The position numbers and the translations under genes are program-made. The notes under the pieces are model-generated. The model did not search any database. It had not been told where the DNA came from and saw only the letters and a program-made list of their open reading frames with translations. DNA of 64,000 nucleotides from an uncultured virus (IMG/VR IMGVR_UViG_3300027985_001212). Its lineage: Duplodnaviria; Heunggongvirae; Uroviricota; Caudoviricetes. The stretch is taken from IMG/VR virus record IMGVR_UViG_3300027985_001212. One strand, 5' to 3'. How positions within the stretch are numbered: position 1 is the stretch's first letter; each line of letters opens with the position of its first letter. Of the stretch, positions 38,066 through 47,103 are shown piece by piece.

Positions 38066-39124
38066 ATGTCCTTTGAACCTGGATATGCCCATTACTCTGA
38101 AGTATTAGCTGAGCGCAACGATCACCAAGGACTTAGGAATCAACCGGGCGTGGTTATTGTCCACTATCGCTTTAATGATGATCGTCGTATATTGGCCGCT
38201 ACTTCGTTGTTAGAGACCATTACTAAAGAGCGTTCTTTGTTCTTCATGGAACATGCGTTCGTTGAACAACATGAGGAGGCCATTGATATCTACTATCGGG
38301 CGTTACATGATGCCGCTCGTGTCGAGGTCGAACTTAAATTTCTTCAACTGAAACACTATAAAGATTCGCGTTATGGTTTTGTTAACAGCGACGTCTTCGT
38401 TGAACTTAAAAATGCAGTGGTGTGTAACTGGCACTATTATCCATCAATAGCAGACGCCGCAGCGGAACTTCAACTGTCGGTGGTCAAGGTGAAGGAACGA
38501 TTAGCCCATCCTGAGCGTCACTACGGCTATTTTCCGCTATCAATCGCAATAGCGATAGGCAAACAAGAGAAAGAAAAAGCACGGGAGGAGATGTTAAACA
38601 CTCGTGGTAGAGATCTACCGTTGCGGTACTGCGTACACCACCCGTGGCGAAAAGCTTCGGATTTTAACTATACCCCGCCCTTTCAGTGTGTCCACTGTCA
38701 TCAGGATAGAGCGACATCGTTTAGCATACGTAAACCCTTAGCCGGCGCGCTGTCTCATTTGCTAGCATTTTACTTAGATGCGATCGATAATAAAATCGAT
38801 AAAGCGAAATGGGATATCGATGAATTGGAACGTAGCGCAGTCATGGCGTTTCTAAATTCACCTGCCTTTCGGCGAAAGGATTTTATTACCCATGCAAACA
38901 GCATCGAGACAAAACCCATTGAACTGTTGCGGAATCATTTCCAGATAAGCTTTTTAACAGCAGAGGATCTGTTCAGTATCCACACACCTGATGTAATTAA
39001 CATCCTGGATACGGTATCCCCTATCCTAGCTCAAAGCAAATATAAGGAAATTATTGACTATATAAAAGACTTCCATGAATTATCGGCGTTAGTTTTAAAA
39101 CGACAGCTTACCCCAAAACAATAG
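38066..39124 (+). CDS. Composite protein: GIY-YIG-like remnant, NUMOD1-type HTH and Cys/His zinc-binding module
   Basis: PGVVIVHY; VVCNWHYYPSIADAAAELQLS; YCVHHPWRKA...CVHCH; GAGG RBS. Confidence 0.55.
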   Translation: MSFEPGYAHYSEVLAERNDHQGLRNQPGVVIVHYRFNDDRRILAATSLLETITKERSLFFMEHAFVEQHEEAIDIYYRALHDAARVEVELKFLQLKHYKDSRYGFVNSDVFVELKNAVVCNWHYYPSIADAAAELQLSVVKVKERLAHPERHYGYFPLSIAIAIGKQEKEKAREEMLNTRGRDLPLRYCVHHPWRKASDFNYTPPFQCVHCHQDRATSFSIRKPLAGALSHLLAFYLDAIDNKIDKAKWDIDELERSAVMAFLNSPAFRRKDFITHANSIETKPIELLRNHFQISFLTAEDLFSIHTPDVINILDTVSPILAQSKYKEIIDYIKDFHELSALVLKRQLTPKQ

Positions 39125-39127
39125 TTT

Positions 39128-39143
39128 TTCAATCTTATATCAC
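39128..39143 (+). promoter_or_regulatory. Putative early promoter TTCA-N4-TATATCAC
   Basis: Same motif and spacing. Confidence 0.6.
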
Positions 39144-39189
39144 TATTTTGCAGAAACTTAATAGTAATTAATCTGAAAGGAAACAGACA

Positions 39190-40449
39190 ATGTCTAATAA
39201 CGACGATGCATCCCGCGGCCCCGTAAGTACTCTGCCGGGAAATACAATTAAGATTAGTGGTAGCCGGCACTGCGACTGCCATCCCTGGCGTCTGGCTGAG
39301 TATCGTGTGCAAGGAGAGACTGACTCATTTGGTTGCGAGTACACTTACTCGTGCCAGATGTGCCATGATCTTGAGAAAACGTTTAATACGCCGGAGACAA
39401 GTCTGCTGCTGTCGCTGGCATCCGTACTGGATAATTTCATCGACCTCAAGAGTGGCGTTGTCGGTGATCATGCGGAATATGAAGAGCTGTACCTGGACAG
39501 CGTCCGGAATTTCTTCTACAACGAACACGTAGGCGATGCGGTTGCTAAGTCAACCGATCGACATGTCTATAGTCTGACTCTGGCCGAAATGGTGAAGTTT
39601 TTCCCAGAAGTCCAGGATCTCCCATTAGTCATTCTGCAGCCTCTTAACGAGGAAGAGGCTAAAAAGCTGTTCAGCAATTTGCTCGACCAGGCCTTTGCCA
39701 TTCCGGCTAAGGATCCATATAGTGCTGCCGCCGCTATCGAAACGAAGTTTAAAAACTTCGTAGAAGCGGGTATCGCTTATGCAGAAGCGCATAAAGACGA
39801 GGATGCCGATCGCACCAGCCTCGCAACTGAAACCTGTGAGTGGTGTGGTGACGCCGTGGAAGAAGTTTTTCCCTACCGTGATCCGGATGAAGGTTTTTCA
39901 GGTCCGGTGTATTATCCGTGCTTGGGTTGTCTCCGGAAGCGGCGCGCCCAGGATATTGAAGCATATACCATGGAGTACGATGAAGACGAGTTGCAGGAGA
40001 TGATCGATTCCGCTGAAGAAGAGGCGGTGGATACCGTCGATATGTTTACTAAACCGTTTCGTGAGACACCTGAAGGGGCGATCGAGTTCTTTATACCCGA
40101 GCAATCGGTTCGTGAAGCACTGGACACCTTTCTGATCCACGGCGATGTACTGTCAACCCTGTTCGATCATCCGGCGATCGGTGAGCTGATTGTCCACAAT
40201 GATCGTTTGATTGAGGATGGGAAATCAACAACCTACATGTTTACGGCTAAACTGCGTGAACCCAGTGAGCCTAACGTCGTCACAGTTAACCGTAAGGGGT
40301 TCTTCGGAACTAACACGATAGACGATGTTGTCATGGCGTTGTGCGCGCAGTTCAGCACACTGTTCGATTCGCACTATGACTATAAATACACCGTCAGAGA
40401 AAATACTACTGAACTGACGATGCTGGTCACGGTAACAAACGGCGAATAA
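39190..40449 (+). CDS. Zinc-finger-containing hypothetical protein
   Basis: CDCHPWR.A.YRVQGETDSFG.E...CQMC and CEWC...RDPDEG.SGPVY..CLGC motifs; AAGGA RBS. Confidence 0.7.
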   Translation: MSNNDDASRGPVSTLPGNTIKISGSRHCDCHPWRLAEYRVQGETDSFGCEYTYSCQMCHDLEKTFNTPETSLLLSLASVLDNFIDLKSGVVGDHAEYEELYLDSVRNFFYNEHVGDAVAKSTDRHVYSLTLAEMVKFFPEVQDLPLVILQPLNEEEAKKLFSNLLDQAFAIPAKDPYSAAAAIETKFKNFVEAGIAYAEAHKDEDADRTSLATETCEWCGDAVEEVFPYRDPDEGFSGPVYYPCLGCLRKRRAQDIEAYTMEYDEDELQEMIDSAEEEAVDTVDMFTKPFRETPEGAIEFFIPEQSVREALDTFLIHGDVLSTLFDHPAIGELIVHNDRLIEDGKSTTYMFTAKLREPSEPNVVTVNRKGFFGTNTIDDVVMALCAQFSTLFDSHYDYKYTVRENTTELTMLVTVTNGE

Positions 40450-40451
40450 GC

Positions 40452-40489
40452 CGGCATAAAAAGGAGGGCCACCCCCCTCCTTTTTTTTT
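40452..40489. terminator. Bidirectional terminator (T-tract on +, TATGCCG tail on -)
   Basis: AAAAAGGAGGG / CCCTCCTTTTT stem; CGGCATA at 40452-40458. Confidence 0.75.
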
Positions 40490-40492
40490 GCA

Positions 40493-40936
40493 TTAAAGGA
40501 AGATCTTGACGCGACATGGAAGAGGATCAAGATATTGATACAGTAAAGGTTTTACTTGACGGTTATAGTCTAACTTACCATTACTACAGCCTAAGGGGAC
40601 CATTGCTAACCGCGTTCTTGGGTCATGGAGGATAGGTTCTTTGACTAGGCAGCGAAGCCCTTCCTCGATCCATGCTAACTTTGAAGGGAACCACCATTCT
40701 TTTTTTGTTGGAAAAAGCAAGATAGCCTGACCCGCTAGGGCTCGCGTAATAACCGGTTCGCCGACCTTAATCTTCCCTGCTTTACAGGCGACCGTGTAGG
40801 CTTGATACACGTCTGGGTATTTATGCTTAAATTTAAGGGCGATCCCAGCGCCCATCGCCCCTACGGTATTAACTGTGCAGGTTAATACCGTAGCTTCAGA
40901 ATGAAAAAGATTTCCATAACCTTCCCAAATAATCAT
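40493..40936 (-). CDS. Macrodomain (ADP-ribose hydrolase, DarG/TARG1-like) protein
   Basis: GNLF, VNTVGAMGAGIALKFK..YP, LFPTK..W and P.LGC.NG.L motifs; GAGG RBS. Confidence 0.85.
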   Translation of the reverse strand: MIIWEGYGNLFHSEATVLTCTVNTVGAMGAGIALKFKHKYPDVYQAYTVACKAGKIKVGEPVITRALAGQAILLFPTKKEWWFPSKLAWIEEGLRCLVKEPILHDPRTRLAMVPLGCSNGKLDYNRQVKPLLYQYLDPLPCRVKIFL

Positions 40937-40987
40937 ACTACACCTCGATCATTAAAAAGAGAGAAGGGAGGGTTTAAAGTAGATTTT

Positions 40988-41003
40988 TTCAGCCCCATAC
41001 TAC
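40988..41003 (+). promoter_or_regulatory. Putative early promoter TTCA-N4-CATACTAC
   Basis: Same motif and spacing; upstream of a paralogous gene pair. Confidence 0.5.
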
Positions 41004-41063
41004 AAGGATGGTTAGCGGAAGACTTTCTGTCTAATCATTCCCTACATCCTAGAGGATACAATC

Positions 41064-41567
41064 ATGTCTTTCTTATATGCAATGGCCCTGCCGACCAAAG
41101 AACGAAACCATATCGTTACGCGGTATACCAGCGCACTGGATGAAATGCGTACGCGTCAGAAAGAGATTAGTTATAATCTCGATCGCTTCGAACACATCGT
41201 CCACCAGAGCGACCCCAAATACCGTCGGCGACATGTCTGCCTCATGGCGTTAATGCGTCGTGACGCGAAAGCCCGGATGGTTACCCATCGTTACTATCTG
41301 AGAATGGAGAAACGCCTTTCGGGGGCCGCGGACTGGTTTAGTGACCAGCTGGAAGAGCTGGATACGCAGTATGGTCAGCTGGAGCGGCGGGCCGAGGCGT
41401 TGTGTGAAATGCTCCCCTACAATATCGGCGCGCTTGAAACGGCGATTGTGACCGAGCAGCTCCTACTCGCGGCCCGTCAATATAAGTCGCCGGTGGTTTA
41501 TCGGACGGCTGCTATCGCCGCCTTATGTGTGATGCTAAGCATCTCGCTTGAAATGGTGGGGGGTTAA
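41064..41567 (+). CDS. Hypothetical helical protein with C-terminal hydrophobic segment
   Basis: GAGGA RBS; N-terminus MSFLYAMALPTK resembles the next gene. Confidence 0.65.
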   Translation: MSFLYAMALPTKERNHIVTRYTSALDEMRTRQKEISYNLDRFEHIVHQSDPKYRRRHVCLMALMRRDAKARMVTHRYYLRMEKRLSGAADWFSDQLEELDTQYGQLERRAEALCEMLPYNIGALETAIVTEQLLLAARQYKSPVVYRTAAIAALCVMLSISLEMVGG

Positions 41568-41586
41568 CTTCGATTTAAAGGAGAAA

Positions 41587-42123
41587 ATGATGAGCTTTGT
41601 ATTGAAAATGGCGTTAACTGATAAAAAGACGCGCCGTGATATCAGTGACTTCAGTGCCGCGATCGCACGGTTTGATAAGCTGCTGGATGACGCCAGCCAT
41701 ATGGTCGAGGTACTCAAAGTCTGTGGTGGTGACGACCCAGTCGCCTTGTCTAAAGCACGTGCGAACGTGATAGGGGAATACTGGTATATTGTCGGTAACC
41801 TCAATTATCAGCGGGGTGTTGTTGATGATATCCGCTACCGTGCGGTTATTAACGCTCGGCTCTTCGCCGAAGACTACATCCTGCGCATCGAACGCTTCGA
41901 TACCATGGAAACCGAGTTTCGGCGCTTTATGGCCGAACAGGGTCTGGATAACCCTGACTTCTTAACGCAATGTCATAACGCTTACGTGCGTATCCGACAC
42001 CAACGGGAGGTGGCACTGTACATCCTTTCGTTCAGTACTGCCTTTATCGGTACGTTGATTGGGCAAGCCTTGGCGATGTTCGCCCTCGCACAATTGAAGA
42101 GTCCGGATTCGGATTCGGAATAA
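41587..42123 (+). CDS. Hypothetical helical protein with C-terminal hydrophobic segment (probable paralogue of previous gene)
   Basis: AAGGAG RBS; N-terminus MSFVLKMALTDK. Confidence 0.65.
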   Translation: MMSFVLKMALTDKKTRRDISDFSAAIARFDKLLDDASHMVEVLKVCGGDDPVALSKARANVIGEYWYIVGNLNYQRGVVDDIRYRAVINARLFAEDYILRIERFDTMETEFRRFMAEQGLDNPDFLTQCHNAYVRIRHQREVALYILSFSTAFIGTLIGQALAMFALAQLKSPDSDSE

Positions 42124-42131
42124 CGCACGGT

Positions 42132-42175
42132 ACGGGAAGAGGGCGTCGTGCCCTCCTCCCCCGTTTTTTTTTTTT
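42132..42175 (+). terminator. Intrinsic terminator
   Basis: GAGGGC / GCCCTC core stem with extension, followed by a T run. Confidence 0.65.
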
Positions 42176-42177
42176 AC

Positions 42178-42597
42178 CTAACGGTTGGGATTATGATCCA
42201 GGTTGGCGAGCGCACTGGTGGTTTGCGCCGCAAACCGTACACACTGCTCTATAATCATCTCACCCACCGCAAAGGGTAGACGGATAAACTCCAGGAAACT
42301 GAGGTGACTAAATTCATGGACCTGTTTGCTTACATATTGGTTAAACAAATTAGCCCATGGATCCATTACCACATCCTCACCGGGGTGCATGGTGATTAAG
42401 GCCAGGGCGGCGGCGTCACCGTACTGCGCTTCCTCCTGGTTATGGTTACAGAGGTCGGTTTCAGTTTCATAGATCTCCTGCAGCATATAGTCCACAGTGA
42501 TACTGCCCATGGGCTCCATCTGACTATGGGCTTTATGGTCCAGCAGTTCACCGATGCGTTCTGAAATGCGGTCCGTGGCAGATTTTTTATCCATCAT
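42178..42597 (-). CDS. Conserved hypothetical protein (phiKZ gp76 region)
   Basis: 139 aa; HP.ED and SFLEFIRLP motifs. Confidence 0.6.
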   Translation of the reverse strand: MMDKKSATDRISERIGELLDHKAHSQMEPMGSITVDYMLQEIYETETDLCNHNQEEAQYGDAAALALITMHPGEDVVMDPWANLFNQYVSKQVHEFSHLSFLEFIRLPFAVGEMIIEQCVRFAAQTTSALANLDHNPNR

Positions 42598-42638
42598 AGA
42601 CCGCCGTCCCCCAAATCCACTATCCGCTATCGTAACCG

Positions 42639-44273
42639 CTACACCCCGATGGTCCCTCGCATGGTGAATGCAGGGGCGAGGATAAAAAAAAGATCAAAGA
42701 TCTCCAGCGGAACAATCTCCGGATAGTGTTCATTCCCCGGCTTCTTATAATGACAAGACGGGCAGTCGAACCGTGGCACGCCAAAGAAGACGAAGCTGGA
42801 TTTCGCAATGAAGGAGGAAATACCTTCAATGCACTGTGTCCGCAGGTCCGGATTATTACTCCAGCGCGCCAGCATGGCGATGATCGTTTTCTTATCGGTG
42901 ATAAAGGAGTCAACCCCCCCATCCGGTTTGATCAGATCAATTTGGGTTACCCAGTGTGCATAGCTCGCCAGCTCAGCCGCCTTTGCCTGCCGCCCGATGT
43001 AGTTACTGTACTCCCGGTTATTAAACTGATTCGTAAACAACTCGTTAGTACGTTTCACAATGGAGTCAATCCACCCATCGGTGACCGTAAACGCCTCTTC
43101 GGTCGTCGGCGCTGTCAATGTTAAACGGACGCGTCCGTCCGACAACAGCACCGTGTTCCCAATACGGCTGTTCAGTTCTTGACGGTACTGTTCGATATCC
43201 GCCAGTTTCATCAACCCTTTGCGTTGCGTCATATGCTGACGCCCAAACTCAGTCAACGCCTCGTATTTAACCCGGACAGCTTTATCAAAGTGCAAGAGCA
43301 CGTTGCGGCTGTAAGTACAGTCTTTATTGGGGTTGAGGCAGTCGTCTTTAAACGGTGCCCCATGCGGGTACATCAGATGCAACAGATGCGCCGCGATGAT
43401 CGGATGATCACGCTGGTCGATCACCCGATAGAGTTCTTCACCCCCCGGATAGGTGGTGCCGATAATCAGACTCAGTGCCAGGTCCATCACCGCCTCTTCC
43501 AGGTAGATGCTTTCGGCTGCAAAGATCAACCCATGGGTGCGGCGGCCATAGTCGATGCGTTTCAGTTGGATTTTGGTTTCCAGCTCGATCACATTTTCGA
43601 CGGTCGGTGCATTGATGCTGATATAGAACCCGCTGTGCCAGCAGGGGATCTGGTACGGCTGATCGTCCATCGCGAAGCCACTGGCGTAGGCGATCGCCCG
43701 CTCCCCTTTGATCGCCTGGCTACGCTTGTTTTTGACGAAGCTCAGGGTGCGGCCGCCCGCTTCCGCCCCGCGTTCCCGGTAACGGTTTACCCAGTGCGCT
43801 TCGTCCTCAAACGCCTCGTGTAGGTAGGGTTCGGCCGGACTCAGTCGCCGCGCATATTCAACCAGCAGCTTGTAGTCATCTTCCAGCTGCTGATTTTTCG
43901 GGTCAGCGATATGGCGATCCCAGGCCGCGCTCAGTAGCCCATCCAGTTCCGCCAGAGTCTGTCGAGAAAGCACCAGGCGGCTTTTTTCTGCAGTATCCGG
44001 GTCATCCGTCAGCGGATTATCAGCACGGTCATAGATAGCCTTATAGATCGTCTCAGGGGTATCCGTATCATCACCCGCCGCTTCGCTGTCATCTCCATCG
44101 TGATCATCCAACACCAGATCGCCGTCATCCGCCTCATCCTGGTCATTAACGGACAAAGGTTCCGGCTCGAGATCCTCGACTTCATTAGCGACGTCGGTGG
44201 TGGGTGGGAGATCGGTCTCGGTCTGCTCGTCCGGCCCCAGGTCATCGTTGTCGAGCATAGTATCGTCAGTCAT
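42639..44273 (-). CDS. Conserved protein (phiKZ gp77-like), possibly a tail/baseplate assembly factor
   Basis: IPCWHSGF, MYPHG...C...C, Y.HWV..I and CPSC motifs; acidic N-terminus; AAGGA RBS. Confidence 0.6.
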   Translation of the reverse strand: MTDDTMLDNDDLGPDEQTETDLPPTTDVANEVEDLEPEPLSVNDQDEADDGDLVLDDHDGDDSEAAGDDTDTPETIYKAIYDRADNPLTDDPDTAEKSRLVLSRQTLAELDGLLSAAWDRHIADPKNQQLEDDYKLLVEYARRLSPAEPYLHEAFEDEAHWVNRYRERGAEAGGRTLSFVKNKRSQAIKGERAIAYASGFAMDDQPYQIPCWHSGFYISINAPTVENVIELETKIQLKRIDYGRRTHGLIFAAESIYLEEAVMDLALSLIIGTTYPGGEELYRVIDQRDHPIIAAHLLHLMYPHGAPFKDDCLNPNKDCTYSRNVLLHFDKAVRVKYEALTEFGRQHMTQRKGLMKLADIEQYRQELNSRIGNTVLLSDGRVRLTLTAPTTEEAFTVTDGWIDSIVKRTNELFTNQFNNREYSNYIGRQAKAAELASYAHWVTQIDLIKPDGGVDSFITDKKTIIAMLARWSNNPDLRTQCIEGISSFIAKSSFVFFGVPRFDCPSCHYKKPGNEHYPEIVPLEIFDLFFILAPAFTMRGTIGV

Positions 44274-44291
44274 CAGATAGTCCTTGGTAGG

Positions 44292-44795
44292 TTAGTGTGT
44301 TTCTCGGCTGCTGATCTCGAGGATAAGGCTTGCCACGTTTCGCAGTGTACCGTTGGTCAATACAGCCTCCATCGAGGCTAGGAGACCGTTATATTGTTCA
44401 AAGAGCGCATACAATGACAACAGACCCATGCCTAAGTCGTCCATCTTATAGGACGCTGAACGTCCATTAAACTGCTCCACGTCGGCCCGTAGCGCCTCGC
44501 GCTCAGCGGTGACCGCTTGCAACTGTGCCTTGTAGTGGGCAACGTCCGTTTGGATGGACTCACCCAAACTAATGAGTTGTTGTTTCTCTTCATCCGTTGC
44601 TTTCGGGTAGACATCCCGCATCAAAGCCCCGTGGGCGGTAGCCCCACTTAGCACACCGTAGATCTGTTGCTCAATTTCTTCCAGCTCTACAAATGAAAAC
44701 TGTTCATCTGTTTTCTTTTTTTCATTTCGTTCGTGTTTTTTGGCCATCAGTTTAGAGGCCGTGGTATCGGGTGCTTTGGTACGTTTGCCTTTCAT
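44292..44795 (-). CDS. Hypothetical coiled-coil protein with Lys-rich N-terminus
   Basis: 167-aa ORF co-oriented with the gp77-like gene. Confidence 0.65.
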   Translation of the reverse strand: MKGKRTKAPDTTASKLMAKKHERNEKKKTDEQFSFVELEEIEQQIYGVLSGATAHGALMRDVYPKATDEEKQQLISLGESIQTDVAHYKAQLQAVTAEREALRADVEQFNGRSASYKMDDLGMGLLSLYALFEQYNGLLASMEAVLTNGTLRNVASLILEISSRETH

Positions 44796-44885
44796 TATTA
44801 ATTACCTGCCTGGTGAATTATATGCACTCATAAAGGTGAGTCTGTGTAGTATTCTATAACGTTGATGTAATCGCAGGAGCACGCC

Positions 44886-45722
44886 ATGTTCGACGACGTC
44901 ATTTCCTATCTCTCCGACTTTATTAGCCCTGAACGACTGGCGTTGATCCGGACGGCTTTGGATACACTGAGCCGATATGGCGACCAGGGTTATGTCGATA
45001 ACCTAACGAATGCCGTATTGATGGCGGACCAGGCCGGAGATATGGAGACGGTGGAGTTGATTAATGATCTTCTCGATCGTACCTTTTATGACCACTGTCT
45101 CACTTATGGGGTTGAACTCACGAACGACCTGACCATCGGCATGATGACCCTAATCCTCAGCGGTTTACACACTCTCCAGGATTATGACGACGTCGATTTT
45201 GTGATCAATACGTGTGAGGATGATACCTTGAGCCCGGAGCTAGCCTTAGCCTATCTGCTTGGCGCCCAGGCATCAACCCCATGGACGGACATTATTGGGG
45301 CCTTTGATAGCGTCTCCACCTCACTGATCACTCGTATTGAACAGCTGGTTAAACTGCGGGAAACACTGGATCAGGTGATCGATGAAAAACCTCGCCGTAA
45401 CATAGAGCGGGTGGTGGCGCGGTTGAAACATTACCGTGAAACGGTATCCATCGATCTGGTTGAAGACCTTCTCGAACGCCAGTATACACTGGCAGCACCG
45501 ATTGCACAATACCTCACGATTTACCGCAACGTGCTCCTGGATATGAAAGTTGACGCCGCAACAGAACAGCTGATCGGGCTGGTATTGGCCTCGGAAACGC
45601 CAACCGAGGCGATCGCCGATGAACTGGATCGCCAGATTACGGCGCTCTACGAGGAGATCTCACTGCGCGCGCAGGCCCATAAACGGGTATTTGAATTAAA
45701 AGGAGCCATCACCCATGCGTAA
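44886..45722 (+). CDS. Conserved protein (phiKZ gp79-like)
   Basis: AGGAG RBS; 278 aa, overlapping the start of the vRNAP subunit gene. Confidence 0.6.
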   Translation: MFDDVISYLSDFISPERLALIRTALDTLSRYGDQGYVDNLTNAVLMADQAGDMETVELINDLLDRTFYDHCLTYGVELTNDLTIGMMTLILSGLHTLQDYDDVDFVINTCEDDTLSPELALAYLLGAQASTPWTDIIGAFDSVSTSLITRIEQLVKLRETLDQVIDEKPRRNIERVVARLKHYRETVSIDLVEDLLERQYTLAAPIAQYLTIYRNVLLDMKVDAATEQLIGLVLASETPTEAIADELDRQITALYEEISLRAQAHKRVFELKGAITHA

Positions 45723-47064
45723 GTACGATGTCTTTATCGCCAGTTTACTTGGCGGTGCCTGGCAACACCGCGATTGGGTGCTCACGATGTTTACCCGCGT
45801 CATTAAGCCGCCGGTCACGGAGGACTATCCGTGGCGGATCATTAAGCGAGACGATAACTTCTATACACTGATGCCGTTAGCGTCGGGTGGATTCGTTGAA
45901 GAACTCATCGAGGACGTGATTATCAATGCCCCGATTGTGGGGGTTAAAGAGCCCGTGACGCTTCTACCCAACAGTCTCCCGGGCATCGATCGTGCCTATG
46001 AAACTAACTACGGCTCGATCTACGCTAACTACATCGCCGTCCTGTATCCGTTCCGAGGCCTGGTGCCGTATATTGAAACGTCTTTCGACCCTTCGGACAT
46101 CGAGAAAAAGATCATACCGCTGTTGACCACCACGCCGGGTTTTGAGAACCCGCCGGATGACCCCACGACGGTGCCAGTGCCTGTACCCCTCACGGAACGT
46201 GATCCCAGTCGCATCTACATCGATGAATATATCAATTGGGGCACCATCATTAACAGCACGGGCGCTTTATGTCAAATCGCCGTGTCTACGGCCACTCCGA
46301 AAACAATTATGCCCCCACCAGGGCTGGTTGAATTCCGGAATAAGTTACTGGCTCCGTTTCGGGGTAAAGACCTGACTGCTGCGGATGTCGCTTATATCAG
46401 TGAAGAGTTGATTAAGTTCGATAAAGCCTGGTTGGCGGATGACCCCGAAGCCCTCGGGTTTTACATTACCGACAAATCCTTCCGTATCATTCGCATGAAG
46501 ATGTACCTCATGCAAGGGATGGAAACCGCCTTTAACGAAAACGGTGGCTTTAAGCTCATTGAAACCTCACTGCATGAGGGGATTAAAATCCAGGACCTGC
46601 CCACCCAGATCAACTCCGGCCGCACCTCGTCGTATTCCCGTGGAGCCATGACCGCCCTCGGCGGCGCTCTGGTAAAATTCTTTTACCGCGTCCTACAGAA
46701 CACAGTCATCGCTGATGAAGACTGTATGGACACACAGGGGCTGGAGATCTATACCGGTAACCACACGGAGTTATTGGTAGGCTTCTACGTAATAGAAGGT
46801 GGGAAAAGTAAATTGATCGAAAACGAAGCAGCCGCGCAGCCCTACCTCTTTAAGCGCGTCCGCATACGTTCACCCCACCGGTGTAAGACAGGGGCACCTA
46901 ACTTCTGTAAAGTCTGCATGGGGGTCGTTAATGCGGCTAACCCCACCTCCCCCGCTGCCCTCGGAGGCGAGGTTGGGAGTGCCGATATGAACACCTTTAT
47001 GAAAGCAATGCACGGTAATGCCATCAAAGCGGTCGAGATCGATCTGGACGAGGCCCTTTTGTAA
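45715..47064 (+). CDS. Virion RNA polymerase beta' subunit fragment (phiKZ gp80-like)
   Basis: SL.EG, N..R..SYSRG..TALGG, EDC, RSP..C....FC.VC.G and MKAMHG motifs of the beta' bridge helix/trigger/Zn region. Confidence 0.85.
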   Translation: MRKYDVFIASLLGGAWQHRDWVLTMFTRVIKPPVTEDYPWRIIKRDDNFYTLMPLASGGFVEELIEDVIINAPIVGVKEPVTLLPNSLPGIDRAYETNYGSIYANYIAVLYPFRGLVPYIETSFDPSDIEKKIIPLLTTTPGFENPPDDPTTVPVPVPLTERDPSRIYIDEYINWGTIINSTGALCQIAVSTATPKTIMPPPGLVEFRNKLLAPFRGKDLTAADVAYISEELIKFDKAWLADDPEALGFYITDKSFRIIRMKMYLMQGMETAFNENGGFKLIETSLHEGIKIQDLPTQINSGRTSSYSRGAMTALGGALVKFFYRVLQNTVIADEDCMDTQGLEIYTGNHTELLVGFYVIEGGKSKLIENEAAAQPYLFKRVRIRSPHRCKTGAPNFCKVCMGVVNAANPTSPAALGGEVGSADMNTFMKAMHGNAIKAVEIDLDEALL

Positions 47065-47103
47065 GTAATACCGTATGACGTTCACCCTAACTATGAGGTT
47101 ATC

